A stretch of DNA of 64,000 nucleotides from a virus, in the IMG/VR virus record IMGVR_UViG_3300032235_000387, positions 7,211-71,210 of that record; one strand, 5' to 3'. Positions within the stretch are counted from its first letter, which is position 1, and every line of letters starts with the position of its first letter. This document shows, in pieces, positions 10,394 to 20,598 of the stretch. The notes below the pieces were generated by a model. That model saw only the letters and a program-made list of their open reading frames with translations, did not search any database and had not been told where the DNA came from. The position numbers and the translations under genes are program-made.

Positions 10394-12856
10394 TTAATCC
10401 GGACAATCTCTTACTGTTGCGATTTCCCCTTGTGGAATTGTTGAAAGTGCTCTAATAATTGGTTTTAATATTGCACCAGAACCAGTATTACTAATAATAT
10501 TAATAATTGGAAGATCGCTTATAACTTTAGTATTTATTGGTTGATCTGGACGATCTGGATAGATTAATTGTGATGTAATAGTTTGTTGTTGAGGTGCACC
10601 AGTTATTGCATTATCCGTTAATGTAACATTTGCACCTATAATATTTCCATTTTCATTTATAGTGAGATTATAAGTATTGTCGAAATTATCAATAGCATAA
10701 TCACCAATTTCATATCCGATTCCTGAGTTTTCAATCACAACTTCTGTAACTCCATAAGGAACGTATGGTGGATTATCCTCCGCAACTATTACTGAAGATT
10801 CTATAGTAACGTTTCCTACTGGATAATTTTCACCTTCAGACACCATATAAATTTGTATTATTTTACCAGTATCATCAATTACTGATCTAGCCACTGCACC
10901 ATATCCTTGACCACAATTATCCACAAATTCAACGAATGGTGGATATCTGTAACCAAATCCAGGATTATCAATTCTAACTCCTATTATACTTGATGTTGTT
11001 TTTTCATTAATTAAATTATTTTCAGAAATATTATTAGATGAAAAAGACCCAAGAATTGCAGTTGCTGTTGCTTCATATCCACCTCCACCAAAAATTTTTA
11101 CTCTAGGTGGACCACATACTGGAGGTTTTCCTGTGTAACAACCACCAAATGGTGAAATGTAGTTAATGGATTTTGTAGATGATTTAAAAATATCCCAAGA
11201 TCCTACAGTTTTTTCAAAAGAAGATTTTTCAACTTCTTTCCTCATTTTAGAATCTGGTATTTTATCAATAATTGTAAATATGTCATTTATAGTATAATTA
11301 GTTGCAATTCCACTATATTTTCTAACGACCGTTACTCTGTTATCATTTACTTTTTGAATTTTCATAATTTCAGCATTAGTAGAAATAAATCCATCTACAT
11401 TAACACCCTCAATATTTCTAAGAGTAATGATGTTATCACTCTTAGATACTGGTAAAATTGGTGAAGTAATTGATACTGTATTTTCTGAAATTATTGAATC
11501 TTCAGAATTAACTTTTTCAAAACTAGCAATTTTTCCAATTTTATCAGCAATGTTCATTCCATTTAAAACAGTTTTAAATATTTTATTTTCATTGTCACTA
11601 GATTTTCCACCATATCCTATTTTCCATTCTTTTATATTTCCAGAGCATTTTGATGCTGATTGATTTACATCAAATAACCCACCAATAGATTTAATTGAAC
11701 TTATTCCACTACGGAGAAAATCTGCGACACTAAAAGCTGCAGAAAGTATTTTTGAAACTCCATTTAAAGCCCCAGATAAACCGCTTACAATTTTACTAAT
11801 AATCGAATTCAAAAATGCTCCTGTAAATTGAGTTCCTACACAACTTGCAAAATTATCAACGTTATCAATAGTAGATCTAAGTAGATCTTTAATTGTTCCT
11901 TTTAAACCATCGACTATTTTATTTGCTATGGTAGAAATAGAGGTTTCTAAAAATTTTACAGGAGGAACCATAGCAGTTTGCGCTGCTACTCCAGCTAAAT
12001 GTGCAATTGCATAATTTTGAGTTGCCGCATAAACTTTTGCAAATACTGTTTTGTATAATAATTCTAATCCTTTCTGGAGCAATCCAATTAATTTATTGAA
12101 CAATGAATTAAACATTTGCCCAACAAACCCATTTGAAATTCCTTGAATTTTTTCTGCTGATCTATCAATTTCTAAAGAAACTTTACTAGCAAATGAAGTT
12201 ATATTTTGAACTTTTTGTAATAAATTATTAACTTCTGCACCAACACCTTTTACCAAGGTATCGTCACAACTATTTGAAAAAACTATTTCTTGACCAACAC
12301 CAGTAAAATATGGTTTTTCATCTTTTACTTCTTTAGTATTATTAAGTTTTCCAATTTGAGAAGGTGAAAGATCTCTTGGAGATTTTTGAGATTGTGAATT
12401 TTGTTCATTTGATTGATCTGCTTTTACTTTAGATCCATCATTTTTAATTCGATTAGTATATCCAGTAAATGGAACAAACGGAGAAGTAAATTCATTACTT
12501 GGAACTTGAGATGTTCTACCAAAACAACCAATAATTACTGGTATTTGTCCATTATCACCATCTAAAAAGAAACCAAATACTGTGTCTCCAGGTTGAATTT
12601 TTGGATTTTCTGCATAATTTGCCCCACCACTTCCAGAAGTTGTTGGTAGTAATATTTGAGCCCATGGCAAATCTTCATTGGAAAGTTCAGTTGTATTATA
12701 AGGATGATACCCCAGAATTCTAACCTTACATCTATTTCCCCATCCACCACCATTTGATTGTTCACCTTGAGATGAAATTGGTGGTATTTGACCAATCCAC
12801 CATCTAAATCCATCTCTTCCTAAAAAATTACTTTTGAGTAATGATTCATCAATCAT
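10394..12856 (-). CDS. gp5: Baseplate hub subunit gp5-like (N-terminal OB fold)
   Basis: FRWWIGQI...RCKVRILGYHP...LPWAQILLP...GDTVFGFFLDGDNGQIPVIIG is the gp5 OB-fold signature. Confidence 0.85.
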   Translation of the reverse strand: MIDESLLKSNFLGRDGFRWWIGQIPPISSQGEQSNGGGWGNRCKVRILGYHPYNTTELSNEDLPWAQILLPTTSGSGGANYAENPKIQPGDTVFGFFLDGDNGQIPVIIGCFGRTSQVPSNEFTSPFVPFTGYTNRIKNDGSKVKADQSNEQNSQSQKSPRDLSPSQIGKLNNTKEVKDEKPYFTGVGQEIVFSNSCDDTLVKGVGAEVNNLLQKVQNITSFASKVSLEIDRSAEKIQGISNGFVGQMFNSLFNKLIGLLQKGLELLYKTVFAKVYAATQNYAIAHLAGVAAQTAMVPPVKFLETSISTIANKIVDGLKGTIKDLLRSTIDNVDNFASCVGTQFTGAFLNSIISKIVSGLSGALNGVSKILSAAFSVADFLRSGISSIKSIGGLFDVNQSASKCSGNIKEWKIGYGGKSSDNENKIFKTVLNGMNIADKIGKIASFEKVNSEDSIISENTVSITSPILPVSKSDNIITLRNIEGVNVDGFISTNAEIMKIQKVNDNRVTVVRKYSGIATNYTINDIFTIIDKIPDSKMRKEVEKSSFEKTVGSWDIFKSSTKSINYISPFGGCYTGKPPVCGPPRVKIFGGGGYEATATAILGSFSSNNISENNLINEKTTSSIIGVRIDNPGFGYRYPPFVEFVDNCGQGYGAVARSVIDDTGKIIQIYMVSEGENYPVGNVTIESSVIVAEDNPPYVPYGVTEVVIENSGIGYEIGDYAIDNFDNTYNLTINENGNIIGANVTLTDNAITGAPQQQTITSQLIYPDRPDQPINTKVISDLPIINIISNTGSGAILKPIIRALSTIPQGEIATVRDCPD

Positions 12857-14181
12857 TTTTTCTGTCCGAAGGTGTCTCTTATTAGTTTCATTGAAGTATA
12901 CGAATTTTCAACGTTAAAATGATGACAAATTTCCTTTATCATATATAGACCACTTGTTTCGGGATCATATTCTTCAGAAGATGAATTACTAATTTTTGGG
13001 AAATTACATTCTATAATATCTCCCGCTTTTAAATTAGTATTTGATGGAACTACAATACTGAGTGTTTGAATAAACAAAAGATTATATCTTGTTATTGATT
13101 GTGATTGATACTTAGATGGATCTGAGTTTTGTTCAACAGAAACACCTTTTTCCATTGTACCAACATCAAGAACTTGTGTAATAATTCTAGTAGGAATATC
13201 ACCAAGAGTTAATTCGGATGTATTGGATATTTTTGGTAGTTTTAATTTTTTACCAAGATTTTTTGATTTTTTAATATAATCTTTTGATTTAAAAACATTT
13301 TGCTCATAATCCGAAAATGTAAAATTTAAAGGATTAAAAAACATACGATGACTTGCATATGCACCAAGTTTTAATTTTTCTACTAAATTTTGATTTCTAT
13401 CAACTACGTAATTTAAAATTTTAAAATCATTATCTATTTTTCTTTCAGTATTATCATAAGAAACATTTGCCTGAGTATAAGTATAAGATGCTTTTGGCGT
13501 TTGATTTATTAATGAATCTATTGATCTAAATTGAAATCCATCTTTAGTTTGATAAAATAAAAATCCTGCTGTAGCATCTCCAGAACTTTCTGGAACTCCT
13601 TTTGATGCTAACCATATCAATATTGTAAATGGTTTTCTTAAGTTTCCAATAAAACCATATTTGTTTGATGTTTTATCTATTGTTCCTATTTTAGAAGTTT
13701 TTAAATAATCTTTTAAAATACTTCTTACAGAATTACTTATTGGTGAACTAGTTGGATATTTTTTTCCTACTCTGATAGTTTCATTAGTAATTGCTTCTCT
13801 TGAAACTAAATGTAAAGTAAAACTCTCTCTTTGAGTTTCAGATATAACATCAGTAATACTAGAAACATAAAAATAATCCTCGGGTTTTTTAGAAAAATCT
13901 AATCCTGGATTTTTTTCCGAATTTCCAGCAATTTTTACTAATAATCTTTCTCCTCCTCGAAGAGGTAAACCATTGTAAATTGATTCTTTATTTCCATCTT
14001 GATTTTTAAATGATGTAATAGTATCACCAGTATTAACTACTTTAACTCTAGCAGTAATTGTTGGTGAAAAAATATCTTCAAAATATTCAAATGCAATTGT
14101 TCCATTGCTAATATCAACAGTTCTACTTTGGTCGTTAGATTGTAAAATTAATTCTTCGTATATTGATTTTTTTGTTGACAT
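12853..14181 (-). CDS. Baseplate hub / tail protein (gp27-like)
   Basis: YFEDIFSP...FLFYQTKDGFQFRSID...LKAGDII...SGLYMIKEICHHF motifs of phage late-control/hub proteins; position upstream of gp5. Confidence 0.7.
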   Translation of the reverse strand: MSTKKSIYEELILQSNDQSRTVDISNGTIAFEYFEDIFSPTITARVKVVNTGDTITSFKNQDGNKESIYNGLPLRGGERLLVKIAGNSEKNPGLDFSKKPEDYFYVSSITDVISETQRESFTLHLVSREAITNETIRVGKKYPTSSPISNSVRSILKDYLKTSKIGTIDKTSNKYGFIGNLRKPFTILIWLASKGVPESSGDATAGFLFYQTKDGFQFRSIDSLINQTPKASYTYTQANVSYDNTERKIDNDFKILNYVVDRNQNLVEKLKLGAYASHRMFFNPLNFTFSDYEQNVFKSKDYIKKSKNLGKKLKLPKISNTSELTLGDIPTRIITQVLDVGTMEKGVSVEQNSDPSKYQSQSITRYNLLFIQTLSIVVPSNTNLKAGDIIECNFPKISNSSSEEYDPETSGLYMIKEICHHFNVENSYTSMKLIRDTFGQKK

Positions 14182-16094
14182 TATAGATACGCCAAATCTA
14201 AAAGAAGTTTTTGTTTAATAAAGTTATTTAACAAAGCAAAGTCAGATATTTGGGATTTTATAAGATTATTATCTTTTGTTTGTTGTGAAATTTGTACTTT
14301 AGTTTCTTTAGTATTTCTATCATCAATAAAAAGAATTTGTTGTGCCTTTCTTTCTGTTGTAATTGAATCATAAGCAGTCTTAAAATTTTCTGTTTTTTTA
14401 CTAGAAATTGCTGGTTGTGGTAAAACAGAAGATTGTGAAGAAATTGGTTTTGAAACTAAGTTTTCTGTAGGAGTTATTCCACCTCTATATTCGAAGTGAT
14501 AAGGATCTCCTGGTATATTTGCATAATACCATCCATATTTTGGACCATGTTGTTTCATCCAATTATAAGGTGCAGTATTAGGTTCCAAATCAATTGCTAA
14601 TCCTAATCCATGTTTTGAATAACCAGGTGTCGCTTTTACTGGTCCACTTACACGTTTCTGATGTTCATAACTTCTATAAGCACTATTAATTGGAATATCT
14701 TTTCCATATGCTTTTTGTGCAGCAACAAATGATCTACCTGCAGAAGGATTTAACATAGCATTTCCACCATACCAATCTTGATAATCTGGTGGATAAGATA
14801 AAGGTTTAACCTTCATTAATTCTGAAGAAGTTAAGAATCCATTTTTATTTTTTGATGGTTGGGGAGGAGGTGGAGCAGTTGGTTTTGATTGAGGTGCTGG
14901 TGATGTTGATGTTGTTGTTGATACTGGTGTTCTTCTTGCTTGTTCAACAATTTGCCTTTCTCTTGAAGAATATTTTGAACCACCAACTGTCCATGCACCT
15001 ATTCCTTTGTCTCTTAATACTGCAAGTCCAAGTAAATCTTGATTTTGGGGACTAAACATATCACTTGGAGTTAATCCAGCAGATTTTACGGCACCAGGTA
15101 AAGTATTTCCAATTATTTGATATTTTCCTGCTGCATGGATACCTCTATCAGGTCTTGCAGTTCTTGGATATTTTCTTTCATTTTGCCTATCCATCACTTC
15201 ACCAATCGTCATACTTGTAAGTGGTTTTCCAATTACTTTATTAGAATCTCCAGAACCAACGATTCTTCCATTCGCATCAGTTCCTTGATTCATTGCATTA
15301 TAATTACCACCACTTTCTGGACCTGCAATAATATCAAGTGCTTGTTTATGAATACCAGTTAATCTACTTGGTGCAGTTTGTTGACCAGGTACTGGTATTT
15401 GAGGATAAAACTTTTCTTCTGATGGTTGCCCTGTTGGCGGCGCTTCTTCTCCACCAGCAAGACCTTCAGATAAAGGTGTAGTTAATAATTTATATGCATC
15501 AAAAATTTGATCATTTATAGATTCGAACGAATTTGTTAATAGATCAAAAGAAGAATTAATTGTGTCTGGAATTTCGGAAAATTTAAATGAAACAACTTTT
15601 TGGAAAAGGTCTGATAATACATATCCAAATGTTTTTAATATATTCCCAACATTCCCTACAAATTTTGAAATTATTTCACCACCTCTTTGCATTCTCGCAA
15701 TAAATTCTTTACCCATCACTATCCAAGTTGGAATATTTTGAACCATCCATCCTGCAGTCATATATCCAAGAAATCCAAAAAGTCTACTTAATATTCCTCC
15801 ATTACCATAACTTGATGAAATATTAAATGTTTTGGATGGTGTCAATTTTAACGATGAAGATTCAATTTGATCTTCTATTTCCATTCTTCTTGTAAATTCT
15901 CTTCTTCTTGCTTCCAATAAAGAAGATTGATATGATAATTGAGTTCTTGCTTTTGTTTTATTTTGTATTATTTTAGCAACATTATCAATTGATCTATTTG
16001 CAATAGATAACTCTCTTTTAGTATAAAAAACTGATTTGCTGATATTTTTTACACCAATAGACGATTGTTTTATAGTTTCTGTAATTGTCGCCAT
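14181..16094 (-). CDS. Tail-associated peptidoglycan hydrolase: helical N-terminus + lysozyme-like domain + M15B (VanY-like) peptidase
   Basis: PESGGNYNA...AAGKYQIIGNTL...FSPQNQD (lysozyme/lytic transglycosylase-like); INSAYRS...SKHGLGLAID...PYHFEY (M15 zinc peptidase). Confidence 0.8.
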   Translation of the reverse strand: MATITETIKQSSIGVKNISKSVFYTKRELSIANRSIDNVAKIIQNKTKARTQLSYQSSLLEARRREFTRRMEIEDQIESSSLKLTPSKTFNISSSYGNGGILSRLFGFLGYMTAGWMVQNIPTWIVMGKEFIARMQRGGEIISKFVGNVGNILKTFGYVLSDLFQKVVSFKFSEIPDTINSSFDLLTNSFESINDQIFDAYKLLTTPLSEGLAGGEEAPPTGQPSEEKFYPQIPVPGQQTAPSRLTGIHKQALDIIAGPESGGNYNAMNQGTDANGRIVGSGDSNKVIGKPLTSMTIGEVMDRQNERKYPRTARPDRGIHAAGKYQIIGNTLPGAVKSAGLTPSDMFSPQNQDLLGLAVLRDKGIGAWTVGGSKYSSRERQIVEQARRTPVSTTTSTSPAPQSKPTAPPPPQPSKNKNGFLTSSELMKVKPLSYPPDYQDWYGGNAMLNPSAGRSFVAAQKAYGKDIPINSAYRSYEHQKRVSGPVKATPGYSKHGLGLAIDLEPNTAPYNWMKQHGPKYGWYYANIPGDPYHFEYRGGITPTENLVSKPISSQSSVLPQPAISSKKTENFKTAYDSITTERKAQQILFIDDRNTKETKVQISQQTKDNNLIKSQISDFALLNNFIKQKLLLDLAYL

Positions 16095-16095
16095 T

Positions 16096-17826
16096 TTACG
16101 TTACCACATTATACTGAAGTTTTGAATATAAAACATAAAAATTATCAGGATTGGAAGAATTTATTAGTGGCACATCAGTAATTGGTTCGGATATAACTGG
16201 TGAAGATTGTGGTGTTTGATTATTTGAAGATGTGGTGGCAACTATAATATTTGGTTTAATTTCTGGAAGAACACCGACATTAGATGCTTGCTTTGGTGGA
16301 CTTGTAATTTGAGGTTGTTCTTTTATAGGTTGTTGAATATTATTTTCATTCTGTATCTGTGAAACTTTTTGTACAGAATCTTTTAGTTTCATTTCATTCC
16401 AATCATACCCTTTCATTTTTGCCCAATCTTTTGCACTTTGTTGATCTTCTGGACTCATTTGATTCCATGCAGTTTCAATTTTTCCTCTGGCAAATGGATT
16501 ATTTCTATATTGCCATGCCATTTCATATTCCTTACTTCTATCAGACTTTGGTGGAGGAGGGGTAGATGTATTATTATTTGTATTTTCTTTCTGATTGACG
16601 TTTTCACCCATAACAGTTTGTTGTGGTGCTATAACTGGTGTTGGTGTTGAAGTTGGTGGAATTGATGTGGATGATGCTTCTTCAGGTTTTTTAGAAAAAA
16701 TACTTGTTAAATTTGGAAAATTATAATTTTGAACAACATCATATGTACTTTTACCAATAGGACCTCCTACAACAGATCCAGTCGCACCACCAATAAAAGA
16801 TCCAATAGGTCCAAGTGGAGATCCCATAATTGCACCAGCAGTACCCAATACTGCTGCACCTGTTCCACCAGCAAATGCCCTTCCATAATTTTTTTCACCA
16901 GATGCAATATCAGCAGCAGTAGTAACTGCTCCTGTCAGAACTGGCATACTTTTTAAAGTATTGAATGCTGCACCAGCACCACTTTTTAAAATATTGCCAA
17001 TAGAGGTTAAAGGTGCGGATGGTTTAATTGATGGTAATTTTGGAATAATTGTAGTTTTTCCTTTTAAAAGTCCTGTCAATCCACCAATAACTGATCCAGC
17101 GGCTTTAAAAGGTACTTTTATGATATTTCCAATTAATGCTGTTAACTTTAAAGGTAATGATATGATAGTTGAAATAATCCTATTAAATCCAATTTTAATT
17201 GCAGCTAACGCAGCAATAGAAAATCCTACGTTCTTTAAAATATTTGTTTTAATATCTGTTAATTTGTCAGTATCATTTTTTTCTTGTGCATTAATATAAT
17301 CTATTACTTGATTTGTTAACCAACCACCAAAAAGATATGTCAAAGATGTTCCTATTCTTTCAAAAATATTTTGAACTTGTGGTTGAAGTCTTTGAACAGG
17401 AGCAACCAATGCTGCTTGTATCTTCTGTTCTATTTTGTTTTCTCTTCCAAATCTTACTTGCTGTTCCGATAATCTTCTTTCTTTTTCTTGATCTTCTCTT
17501 ATCCTTGAAATTTCCGCATCACTATCTCTTTGTAAAGATGTGGAAATTCTTGTTAATCCAGAATTAAAATTTACTATTTCATCACGCAATCCCTGTATTT
17601 GCCCTTCAATAGAAATTAAGGATTCTTGATTTGTTTTTGATGCTTCTAAATTTTTTGTATTATCTTCTTGAATTTTTGATATTAAAATATCATCACGGTT
17701 AAATACCGAACTAGAAATATTTGTACTCTTTAAGTATACTTGACGAGAAGTTAAATCCAAAGGAGATTTTGTAAGAGGTACTATGGCACCTCCTTTAGCA
17801 TTAGATTCTGTATCAAGTTCCGCCAT
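16096..17826 (-). CDS. Baseplate hub / tape-measure-like protein
   Basis: Coiled-coil N-terminus, hydrophobic and Gly-zipper (GAAVLGTAGAIMGSPLGPIG) segments; between gp51 and the lysozyme gene. Confidence 0.6.
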   Translation of the reverse strand: MAELDTESNAKGGAIVPLTKSPLDLTSRQVYLKSTNISSSVFNRDDILISKIQEDNTKNLEASKTNQESLISIEGQIQGLRDEIVNFNSGLTRISTSLQRDSDAEISRIREDQEKERRLSEQQVRFGRENKIEQKIQAALVAPVQRLQPQVQNIFERIGTSLTYLFGGWLTNQVIDYINAQEKNDTDKLTDIKTNILKNVGFSIAALAAIKIGFNRIISTIISLPLKLTALIGNIIKVPFKAAGSVIGGLTGLLKGKTTIIPKLPSIKPSAPLTSIGNILKSGAGAAFNTLKSMPVLTGAVTTAADIASGEKNYGRAFAGGTGAAVLGTAGAIMGSPLGPIGSFIGGATGSVVGGPIGKSTYDVVQNYNFPNLTSIFSKKPEEASSTSIPPTSTPTPVIAPQQTVMGENVNQKENTNNNTSTPPPPKSDRSKEYEMAWQYRNNPFARGKIETAWNQMSPEDQQSAKDWAKMKGYDWNEMKLKDSVQKVSQIQNENNIQQPIKEQPQITSPPKQASNVGVLPEIKPNIIVATTSSNNQTPQSSPVISEPITDVPLINSSNPDNFYVLYSKLQYNVVT

Positions 17827-17992
17827 TGGTACTATTTTTTAAGTTTTCTTCTTCAATAAACTGTTGTAGAAGAGTAAGATAAACTTCTCTTTCCCAAGGT
17901 ATCATATTCTCTAACTCTGTCAAAGAATATTTATGATGTTGGATTAAAGCAAAATTTGTTTTATAATATGACGCAAGATCTTCATGCGCCAT
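17813..17992 (-). CDS. gp51: Baseplate hub assembly catalyst gp51-like (59 aa)
   Basis: Translated by hand: MAHEDLASYYKTNFALIQHHKYSLTELENMIPWEREVYLTLLQQFIEEENLKNSTNGGT*. Just below the ORF-track cutoff; follows gp26. Confidence 0.85.
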   Translation of the reverse strand: MAHEDLASYYKTNFALIQHHKYSLTELENMIPWEREVYLTLLQQFIEEENLKNSTNGGT

Positions 17993-17994
17993 TG

Positions 17995-18714
17995 CTAAGC
18001 GAAAAAACTTGTTAATCCCTCCAAAACAATTTCATTTTCAACTTTTGTATTTGGATTTAATATTTTTATAGTATGAGTTAACTTAGGCATAGTTTCAAAA
18101 AACTTTTCAATTTGTTTAAATTGATTAGAAGTCAACTGCTCAATAAATTCAATTAATTCTTTTTTAGTAAAATCACTTGCAGCCCAAGACTCTTCTTCAC
18201 TATAAATTTGTTCTACACAATTGCAAATAAGATCAAAAGTTTCATCAACACTAATTTGCCCATCTCTAATAAAATTATTTTTTATAAATTCATTCATTGA
18301 TGGATATTTCATTCTCATTGTTAAATTATCATCTAATTTAATATCCTTACTATGATTTTCTGGTATTCTTACTTTAATTTCATCAAGATTAATACTTACT
18401 GGAACTTGAGTTACCCCATCATCCGGGCAAGTAATTAAAACATCAACTTCTTCCCCTACAGATTTTCCACGAATATTTAAAAACAAATATTCAATATCAA
18501 AAGTAGATAAGTTATCTACTTTAATACCTTTTGTTAAAATACAGTTTGATAATGTAGATTTAACAGAGTCTGTTATTTGTTTATTATCATCACTCTCAAG
18601 TGCAATTATTAAAATCTTTTCTTCTTTTACCAAAAATGGTCTATATTTAATTGACTTTTTTAAAGAAGGAATTTCCAACTCATATGTTGGTGATGAAATA
18701 GATGGTAATGGCAT
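17995..18714 (-). CDS. gp26: Baseplate hub subunit gp26
   Basis: MPLP...PTYELEIPS...YRPFLVKEEKIL...FDIEYLFLNIRGKSVGE...FFETMPKL motifs. Confidence 0.9.
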   Translation of the reverse strand: MPLPSISSPTYELEIPSLKKSIKYRPFLVKEEKILIIALESDDNKQITDSVKSTLSNCILTKGIKVDNLSTFDIEYLFLNIRGKSVGEEVDVLITCPDDGVTQVPVSINLDEIKVRIPENHSKDIKLDDNLTMRMKYPSMNEFIKNNFIRDGQISVDETFDLICNCVEQIYSEEESWAASDFTKKELIEFIEQLTSNQFKQIEKFFETMPKLTHTIKILNPNTKVENEIVLEGLTSFFA

Positions 18715-18734
18715 AATATTTTATTCTTTACAAA

Positions 18735-18741
18735 TATTTAG
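18735..18741 (-). promoter_or_regulatory. T4-type late promoter (CTAAATA) for gp26 and downstream baseplate genes
   Basis: CTAAATA on the minus strand about 20 nt upstream of the gp26 ATG; resembles the T4 TATAAATA late consensus. Confidence 0.55.
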
Positions 18742-19535
18742 TTGAGAATTGGTTGTCCAGAAGAGTTAAAAAATCTTCTATTAACTTCTGCAGTGGTTCT
18801 TGTATCTATGTTCGAATCATAAAATACAACTCCACTAGAACCACGAATTGGAACCAGGGTTTTTTGAGTTTGATTTGACTGTTTATTATTGTCAAAATTC
18901 AAGTAAATTGGTAAACTTTGAGATCTTCCTGCGATGTACCTATCGTATTGGAAAGTTGCAGATACCTTTAAAATGTCAGAACTAGTATAAGAAACTGGAA
19001 GGGAAGATATACTTGAAGGAAATAATCCAATAAAATTATACTCTATTTCTGCATTGTAATCACGGTCAAATTTTACAATTTTAGTAGAATTTGACTTATA
19101 ATATTCTGGATATTGCATTCTAATGAAATAAGCTTGTGATGCCTGACTAACTGGTGCAGATACACCATTAATTGGATTATGAGATCCACTAGCAATAAAT
19201 TCCATCCAATGCTCTAAAAATTTTAATGTATTGTAATTTTTATCCACATAAAAATCAAGAGTAATAGTATCAAAAATTCTTGTATGGGCAAATTTTTCTT
19301 GTATTCCCATATGATTACCGAGAATTTGTGCGGTTCCCAGTTGCGTTGTTGGTAAAGAAGCAGAAAAACACAATAGTCCAACTTCTTCCGCAATAAATCT
19401 TTGATTAATTCCTCTTTGCAATAAGTAATTTGTTAATTGAAATGGAAGAGCATTAAATCTCACTTCATAATGAGAAGTTTGTGCTAAATTAGTTAATAAT
19501 GGTTTTATGCTAGATATGCTGCGTGGTAATGCCAC
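18738..19535 (-). CDS. Tail tube-like protein (gp19/gp54 family)
   Basis: LLCFSASLP...FAHTRIFDTITLDFYVD...FLEHWMEFI...YNFIGLFPSSISSLPVSY...VSATFQY tail-tube fold motifs; GTG start. Confidence 0.75.
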   Translation of the reverse strand: MALPRSISSIKPLLTNLAQTSHYEVRFNALPFQLTNYLLQRGINQRFIAEEVGLLCFSASLPTTQLGTAQILGNHMGIQEKFAHTRIFDTITLDFYVDKNYNTLKFLEHWMEFIASGSHNPINGVSAPVSQASQAYFIRMQYPEYYKSNSTKIVKFDRDYNAEIEYNFIGLFPSSISSLPVSYTSSDILKVSATFQYDRYIAGRSQSLPIYLNFDNNKQSNQTQKTLVPIRGSSGVVFYDSNIDTRTTAEVNRRFFNSSGQPILN

Positions 19536-19536
19536 T

Positions 19537-19575
19537 CTAAATACCTATTATGATTCTTTTATTGTAAATATTTAG
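19537..19575. promoter_or_regulatory. Face-to-face pair of late promoters driving the divergent gp4 (+) and tail-tube-like (-) operons
   Basis: CTAAATA at 19537-19543 (+) and CTAAATA at 19575-19569 (-) in a 40-bp intergenic gap. Confidence 0.6.
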
Positions 19576-20022
19576 ATGGCATACAAAGGGAAATATTCAC
19601 CATCATATCCAGAAAAATACAAAGGTGATCCCACAAATATCATCTATAGATCTTTGTGGGAAAGAAAGTTCATGAAATATTGTGATACTAATGAAAAAAT
19701 TTTAGAATGGGGAAGTGAAGAAATTGCCTTACCTTATAGATCTCCTATTGATGGGAAAGTACATAGATATTTTCCAGATTTTTATATTAAAGTCTTAGGA
19801 AATGATGGTAAAATTCAAAAATGTATAGTAGAAATTAAACCTAAAAAGCAAACTATTGAACCAAAAATTCAAAAAAAGAAAACAAAAGGATATATTTTTG
19901 AAGTAACTGAGTGGGCAAAAAATCAAGCAAAGTGGAAAGTTGCTGAAGAATTTTGTGAAGATCGTCAATGGAAATTTATTATTATGACCGAAGATGAACT
20001 AGGTATCAGATATGGCAAGTAA
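19576..20022 (+). CDS. gp4: Head completion nuclease gp4
   Basis: KYKGDPTNIIYRSLWERKFMKYCD...WGSEE...HRYFPDF...EIKP...NQAKW signature. Confidence 0.9.
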   Translation: MAYKGKYSPSYPEKYKGDPTNIIYRSLWERKFMKYCDTNEKILEWGSEEIALPYRSPIDGKVHRYFPDFYIKVLGNDGKIQKCIVEIKPKKQTIEPKIQKKKTKGYIFEVTEWAKNQAKWKVAEEFCEDRQWKFIIMTEDELGIRYGK

Positions 20023-20575
20023 TATAACTGGTTACGAAAAACCGCTTAATCAATATACAAAAGAAGAATTAGTTCAAATTGCTGAAAAATATACAATATA
20101 TTACATTGGTGAATCTGGAAGAGGAAAAACTAGTGGTTATAGGCAATTAACAAAAGATAAACTCATTCTCATTATACAAAATGATGATGATTATAAAAAT
20201 GCAAATCCAAAAATCCAAAATAAACCAGAAAATAGGATTCAAAGATTGACTAATAGTTTGTATGGGAATGAAAGTCCAGAAGAATTAATGGATGCAATTA
20301 TAGAAGCTTTATCTGGAAATGAAGAATATTCTGTTTCAACTGGAAAATATTACACATTTTTGTATTATGCAAAAACACCAAATATTGTTTATGATCAACA
20401 TCCACTAATATTAGCAGGGGATTTAACTGAATCTGGATTTTATGGATTTAATTATCATTGGGGTAAAATAAGAAGATATACTTACCCAGAAGTTGTCAGT
20501 CCTCTTTTTCCAATTTCTTTAAGAGAATTTAATTCTTTACGTCAATTGCCTTATGCAAAATTTATTAAAAAGTAA
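20012..20575 (+). CDS. gp2: DNA end protector gp2-like
   Basis: GKYYTFLYYAKTP...YDQHPLI...GFYGFNYHW motif; follows gp4. Confidence 0.7.
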   Translation: MASNITGYEKPLNQYTKEELVQIAEKYTIYYIGESGRGKTSGYRQLTKDKLILIIQNDDDYKNANPKIQNKPENRIQRLTNSLYGNESPEELMDAIIEALSGNEEYSVSTGKYYTFLYYAKTPNIVYDQHPLILAGDLTESGFYGFNYHWGKIRRYTYPEVVSPLFPISLREFNSLRQLPYAKFIKK

Positions 20576-20598
20576 TAATAAATAGTTCAAAAAAATAA

